From a bacterium (GTDB lineage: Bacteria > RBG-13-61-14 > DATKZS01), in NCBI GenBank assembly GCA_046484135.1, contig JAWOBU010000131.1, positions 1 to 39,287 of the forward strand: a DNA stretch of 39,287 nucleotides. The letters are read 5' to 3'. Below, piece after piece: positions 35,899 through 39,287 of the stretch. The stretch's first letter is position 1. Every line of letters begins with the position of its first letter. Position numbers and translations under genes: made by a program. The notes beneath the pieces are model-generated. The model was given only the letters and a program-made list of their open reading frames with translations, ran no database searches and had not been told where the DNA came from.

Positions 35899-35914
35899 CT
35901 TCACTCTCCTTTTC

Positions 35915-37036
35915 TCACCCTCGCGAAAAGTAGCGTCCAAAGAAACCCTTTACCTGCCAGGCCGATTCCGGACAAAGCTCCTGACAGCAAAGGCAGCGGA
36001 TGCAGAGCTCGTCGTTCACCACCGGGTACTCCTCCATGGTCATGGCCCCGGTGGGACAGCCGTCCACGCACAGCTTGCACTTCCGGCACTTCTCCTTGTC
36101 CAGGACCAGCTTGCTGTGGGACAGTGGCTGAAAGAACCTCTGGTTTATGAACCTCCCCACGCAGCTTAAGCGGTGCACGGTCACGGGCAGCTTGAACCTG
36201 ATGGGGGGCGCTTCCCCCCAGAGCTCGATCCGCTCCGGCTCCACCGGCCCGTGTCCTCTTTGGGAAGCGTACCTTATGTGATGGACCTCAGTGGCCGGCA
36301 CACCCATCATCCTGCACATTATGGTGTCAAGGGCCACTGCGTTTGTGGATGCCAGGAGCTTGTTTACCTGTTTGGGCTTTCCGGAGGACGGGCCGTTCCC
36401 TTCCATGGCGGTTATCGCGTCCATGATGGTCAAGTCCGGCGGCCTTATGGAAAAGATGTCGGAAAGGATGCGACCGAAGTCCTTGTTGCCGGGCGCGCCG
36501 GCATGTGCCCTGCCTTTGCCGGCTCCGGCCACCAGCCCGAACATGTTCTTGACCGCGCCGGTGACAAGAGTCAGCCCGTGGGTCTTCATTTTGGGCAGGC
36601 TTATCAGGTAGTCGGCTTCCAGCATGGCCCGTGAAACCACGATGCTGTCCATGTATCTCGAGTCGAAGTCCACCTGCACGGTGTCGCGGGCCACGTTTTC
36701 ATAAGCGCCTTCCGAGGCCTCTGCTATGCCCGTCTTGTTGGCCACCCGCTGGTTAAGGCCGTAGCCGCCCACCCCGCAGTTGTCGCCCACCACAACCTCT
36801 GCGCCCGCGTCGCGGAACAGCCGCACTGTAAGCGTAACCAGTGCGGGCCAGGTGGTAACGTGCTTCTCCGGCGGGAACGCCCCCAGCATGTTCGGTTTTA
36901 TAAAGACCTTTTTGCCCCGGAGCTCCGAAAGCCGGGAGGAGAGGTCCAGTTCCTCTACCACCTTCTCCAGCGCGGGCGAAAGGTCTTCGTAAGAGGCGTC
37001 CGCGGATACGACTTTGGGAGGCTGATTTTTGTTCAT
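35915..37036 (-). CDS. DUF362 domain + 2x[4Fe-4S] ferredoxin-domain protein
   Basis: KVFIKPN, VTT.P, SLPKMKTH..T..TGAVKNMFG, MEGNGP, CRKCKLCVDGCP and CIRCLCCQELCP. Confidence 0.9.
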   Translation of the reverse strand: MNKNQPPKVVSADASYEDLSPALEKVVEELDLSSRLSELRGKKVFIKPNMLGAFPPEKHVTTWPALVTLTVRLFRDAGAEVVVGDNCGVGGYGLNQRVANKTGIAEASEGAYENVARDTVQVDFDSRYMDSIVVSRAMLEADYLISLPKMKTHGLTLVTGAVKNMFGLVAGAGKGRAHAGAPGNKDFGRILSDIFSIRPPDLTIMDAITAMEGNGPSSGKPKQVNKLLASTNAVALDTIMCRMMGVPATEVHHIRYASQRGHGPVEPERIELWGEAPPIRFKLPVTVHRLSCVGRFINQRFFQPLSHSKLVLDKEKCRKCKLCVDGCPTGAMTMEEYPVVNDELCIRCLCCQELCPESAWQVKGFFGRYFSRG

Positions 37037-37037
37037 T

Positions 37038-37817
37038 TTACGCCGGTCCTTTGTCCCGGGCGATGAGCGCGGCTCCCAGCGCGCCGGTGACCTGGGGCTC
37101 GTGGGGTACGTTAAGCTTGACTTTCATTCTTTCCCGGAGGGCTTCTATCACGCCGGGGTTCTTGGCCACCCCTCCGGTTACGGTCACTTCTTCTTCCACT
37201 CCTACCCTTCCGACCAGCGCCCTGGCCCGGTCTGCCACCGCCCGGTGAATGCCCTGGATGATGTCCTTTTTATCATGGCCCTTATGGATGAGACCGATGA
37301 CCTCTGACTCCGCAAACACCGTGCAGACCGAGCTCACGGCTATCCGCTCTTCGCTCGCGAGGCCCAAAGGTCCCATCTCGGAAAGGTCAACCTCGAGTGC
37401 CCGGGCCATGACTTCGAGGAAACGGCCCGTGCCCGCGGCGCACTTGTCGTTCATCTGGAAAGCCAGCACCCTGCCTTTGTCGTCTATCTTGATGACCTTG
37501 CTGTCCTGGCCCCCTATGTCTATCACCGTGCGGGTGGAAGCAAATAAGTAAGAAGCGCCCCTGCCGTGGCAGGTTATTTCCGTTACCTTGTCGTCCGCGA
37601 AAGGCACCCTTTCCCGGCCGTAGCCGGTGCCCAACAGGCGGGCCAGATCATGGCGGGAGGCCCCCGCCTCTTCCAGCGCCGCGGCAAGGGTGTTCTCCGC
37701 GGCAGCCACGGTGTCCGCGCCGGTGAAACCTATGGCCTGTCCTTTTATCTGTCCGTCCTCGTCCACTATCACCGCTTCCGCAGATATGGAGCCTACGTCC
37801 ACTCCTGCAAACAGCAT
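37038..37817 (-). CDS. ATP-dependent acyl-CoA dehydratase activator (HgdC/BadF/BcrA-D ASKHA family)
   Basis: GVDVGS, TGYGR, EITCH..G, IDIGGQDSK, MNDKCAAGTGRFL, SSVCTVFAESE, TGGVAKN. Confidence 0.93.
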   Translation of the reverse strand: MLFAGVDVGSISAEAVIVDEDGQIKGQAIGFTGADTVAAAENTLAAALEEAGASRHDLARLLGTGYGRERVPFADDKVTEITCHGRGASYLFASTRTVIDIGGQDSKVIKIDDKGRVLAFQMNDKCAAGTGRFLEVMARALEVDLSEMGPLGLASEERIAVSSVCTVFAESEVIGLIHKGHDKKDIIQGIHRAVADRARALVGRVGVEEEVTVTGGVAKNPGVIEALRERMKVKLNVPHEPQVTGALGAALIARDKGPA

Positions 37818-37865
37818 GTTTAACTCCCCCGTTAACTTCGATAATCACCGAGAGCCTGCAGCATG

Positions 37866-39026
37866 TCAATCAGACCGGAGCTTGCTCGACCTTTTCCATG
37901 CCTCGTGCCTGCGCAGGGCTTGTTTGTATAGATCAACGGTCTCTTCGATCATCCGTTTTTCATTAAACTCTTTTTCCAGCCGCTCCCTGCCTTTTTTTCC
38001 CATGCTCTCGGCTTTTTCCGGGTCTTCCAGGAGCGTGCCCAGGCAGTCGGCAAAGGTCTCGGAGTAGCGCGGCTGCACCAGGTAGCCGGTGGCGCCGTGC
38101 TCTACGATCTCCGGGATTACACCTACGCGGGAGCCCACCACGGGCACGCCCGCGGCCATCCATTCGAGGGCCACCCGGCAGTGGGCCTCGCTTCCCACCG
38201 AAGGTATCACTGCGGCGTGGGCCGCCTTCATGACCTCGCGGTGGTCCTCGCGCGGGCCTACCAGTATGAACCGGTCTTTGAACTTCGATTTTGCCAGCTC
38301 GGGAAGAAAGGGGTCCGATTTCTCCACGTCCCGGTAGATGACCAGGAACCTGGCGGAGGGTACGCGCCGGAGGATTTCACCGGCGCCCCGGAGGATGAAC
38401 TCCCAGCCCTTGACCGCCCCGAGCCTGCCCATCATTCCCACGACCCGGTCTTTTTCGGACAGCCCGAGCTCCTGTTGAATCTTTAAAGAAGGCGGCGATG
38501 GCGCGATCTCCTCCGGGTCTATGCCGAGTCTTACGGTATGGACCATGTCGGCGGGCAGATCAAGCCGGACCATGAGTTCGTCCCGCAAGAGATCATTAGA
38601 GGAGATAACGAGGTCCGTCCACTTTTTGTAGATACGTTTATTAAGGGTGGGCAAGCGCGGAATCCGCATGTCTCCCCTGGTCCTTATCACTGTCGCGCCC
38701 GCCCGGCGGGCCGCCCGGGCCACCAGGGGGTATCCTTCCGAGCGCATGGCGTTGACTACCTCGATGCCGCCGTCCCGAATCACTCTCCGCAAATAGTTGA
38801 AAGTGGCCCGCCAGTCGGCCGGGTTCAGGGAACCGGGATTCCCGCTGGTTATAACCGGCACTCCGTCCTGTCGCGCCCGGTTTACCAAGGGGGAGTCATC
38901 AAGTCCCCAGATGATGACTCGCCAGCCTCGGGTGAGAAGCCCGCGGGCCAGCCGGTGCGCGTACTCTGCCTCCGCGTTGTACCAGCGGATATGGGCGGAT
39001 ATCAACACGCTGAAAGGGTTGTCCAT
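37866..39026 (-). CDS. Glycosyltransferase family 4 (GT-B)
   Basis: MGRL..VKG, PS..SE...VALEWMAAGVPVVGS.VG.IPEIV..G.TG.LV. Confidence 0.9.
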   Translation of the reverse strand: MDNPFSVLISAHIRWYNAEAEYAHRLARGLLTRGWRVIIWGLDDSPLVNRARQDGVPVITSGNPGSLNPADWRATFNYLRRVIRDGGIEVVNAMRSEGYPLVARAARRAGATVIRTRGDMRIPRLPTLNKRIYKKWTDLVISSNDLLRDELMVRLDLPADMVHTVRLGIDPEEIAPSPPSLKIQQELGLSEKDRVVGMMGRLGAVKGWEFILRGAGEILRRVPSARFLVIYRDVEKSDPFLPELAKSKFKDRFILVGPREDHREVMKAAHAAVIPSVGSEAHCRVALEWMAAGVPVVGSRVGVIPEIVEHGATGYLVQPRYSETFADCLGTLLEDPEKAESMGKKGRERLEKEFNEKRMIEETVDLYKQALRRHEAWKRSSKLRSD

Positions 39027-39053
39027 TACAGCCAGGGTCCTTTCATTGCTTGT

Positions 39054-39287
39054 TCAGCCGTGGCCCATCTCGACAAGCTGCCACTCCATGAATTTCTTGA
39101 GCCACTGTTTTCTTTGCCCGCCGAAGTAGGGCGAGAACCTCATATACTCCTCTGCCAGCACGATCCCGTCGGCCTGGGAGATGGGCAGGACGTGCCAGAG
39201 GTCGAATATGTTCCTGAGGTATAGCTCCGGCCGGTGTCGTAGCAGGGGCCGCAGCTTATGCAGGGTCAAAAGCCTGACCTCGTGGGT
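39054..39287 (-). CDS. C-terminal fragment of a hypothetical protein running off the window end
   Basis: Frame is open from 39287 (THEVRLLTLHK...) to the stop at 39054; co-oriented with the operon. Confidence 0.55.
   Translation of the reverse strand, partial: THEVRLLTLHKLRPLLRHRPELYLRNIFDLWHVLPISQADGIVLAEEYMRFSPYFGGQRKQWLKKFMEWQLVEMGHG

Noticed and set aside
34858..36150. 430-aa plus-strand ORF (and similar long shadows at 3757-4779, 16345-17430, 19476-20528, 25185-26264)
   Set aside because: All lie opposite well-supported genes and have low-information, Arg/Pro/Gly/His-biased composition.

Overview
Bacterial chromosomal window, mostly GC-rich. Gene order and content suggest a diderm deltaproteobacterial-type organism, but that is an inference. 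An AT-richer left end carries a modular S8 protease and an outer-membrane beta-barrel. It is followed by an AI-2E transporter, a sulfatase-fold protein, polX, a Na/Ca antiporter and the dCMP-deaminase-nrdR-ribD-ribE-ribBA-ribH-nusB cluster. That cluster is interrupted twice, by a frameshifted REP-associated tyrosine transposase (RAYT) and by a B12-dependent radical SAM gene. Next come an AlkP/NPP-family enzyme with cysC, signalling genes (REC-GAF-HD-GYP, MCP), and a long minus-strand run: GT4, HgdC-type activator, DUF362-ferredoxin, MoeA, lipoprotein-type Pcm, NudL, an Ltp4/Ltp3-like pair, two DUF35 proteins and a second sulfatase-fold protein. The intergenic DNA holds layered small mobile elements: (i) seven 22-bp REPs with a non-canonical GTGC foot and covarying stems; (ii) a second, GTGG-foot REP-doublet family, one copy with a 41-bp mini-element inserted in its hairpin loop; (iii) two ~272-bp MITEs with 17-bp TIRs and 9-bp target-site duplications, one of which separated the polX start codon from its original Shine-Dalgarno. 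Protein-level leads are a shared C-terminal LxxLGY tail on CysC and two Thr-type 'sulfatases', and the radical SAM gene inside the riboflavin operon. No rRNA, tRNA, CRISPR array or FMN riboswitch was recognised. All calls come from reading the sequence; no database searches were run.
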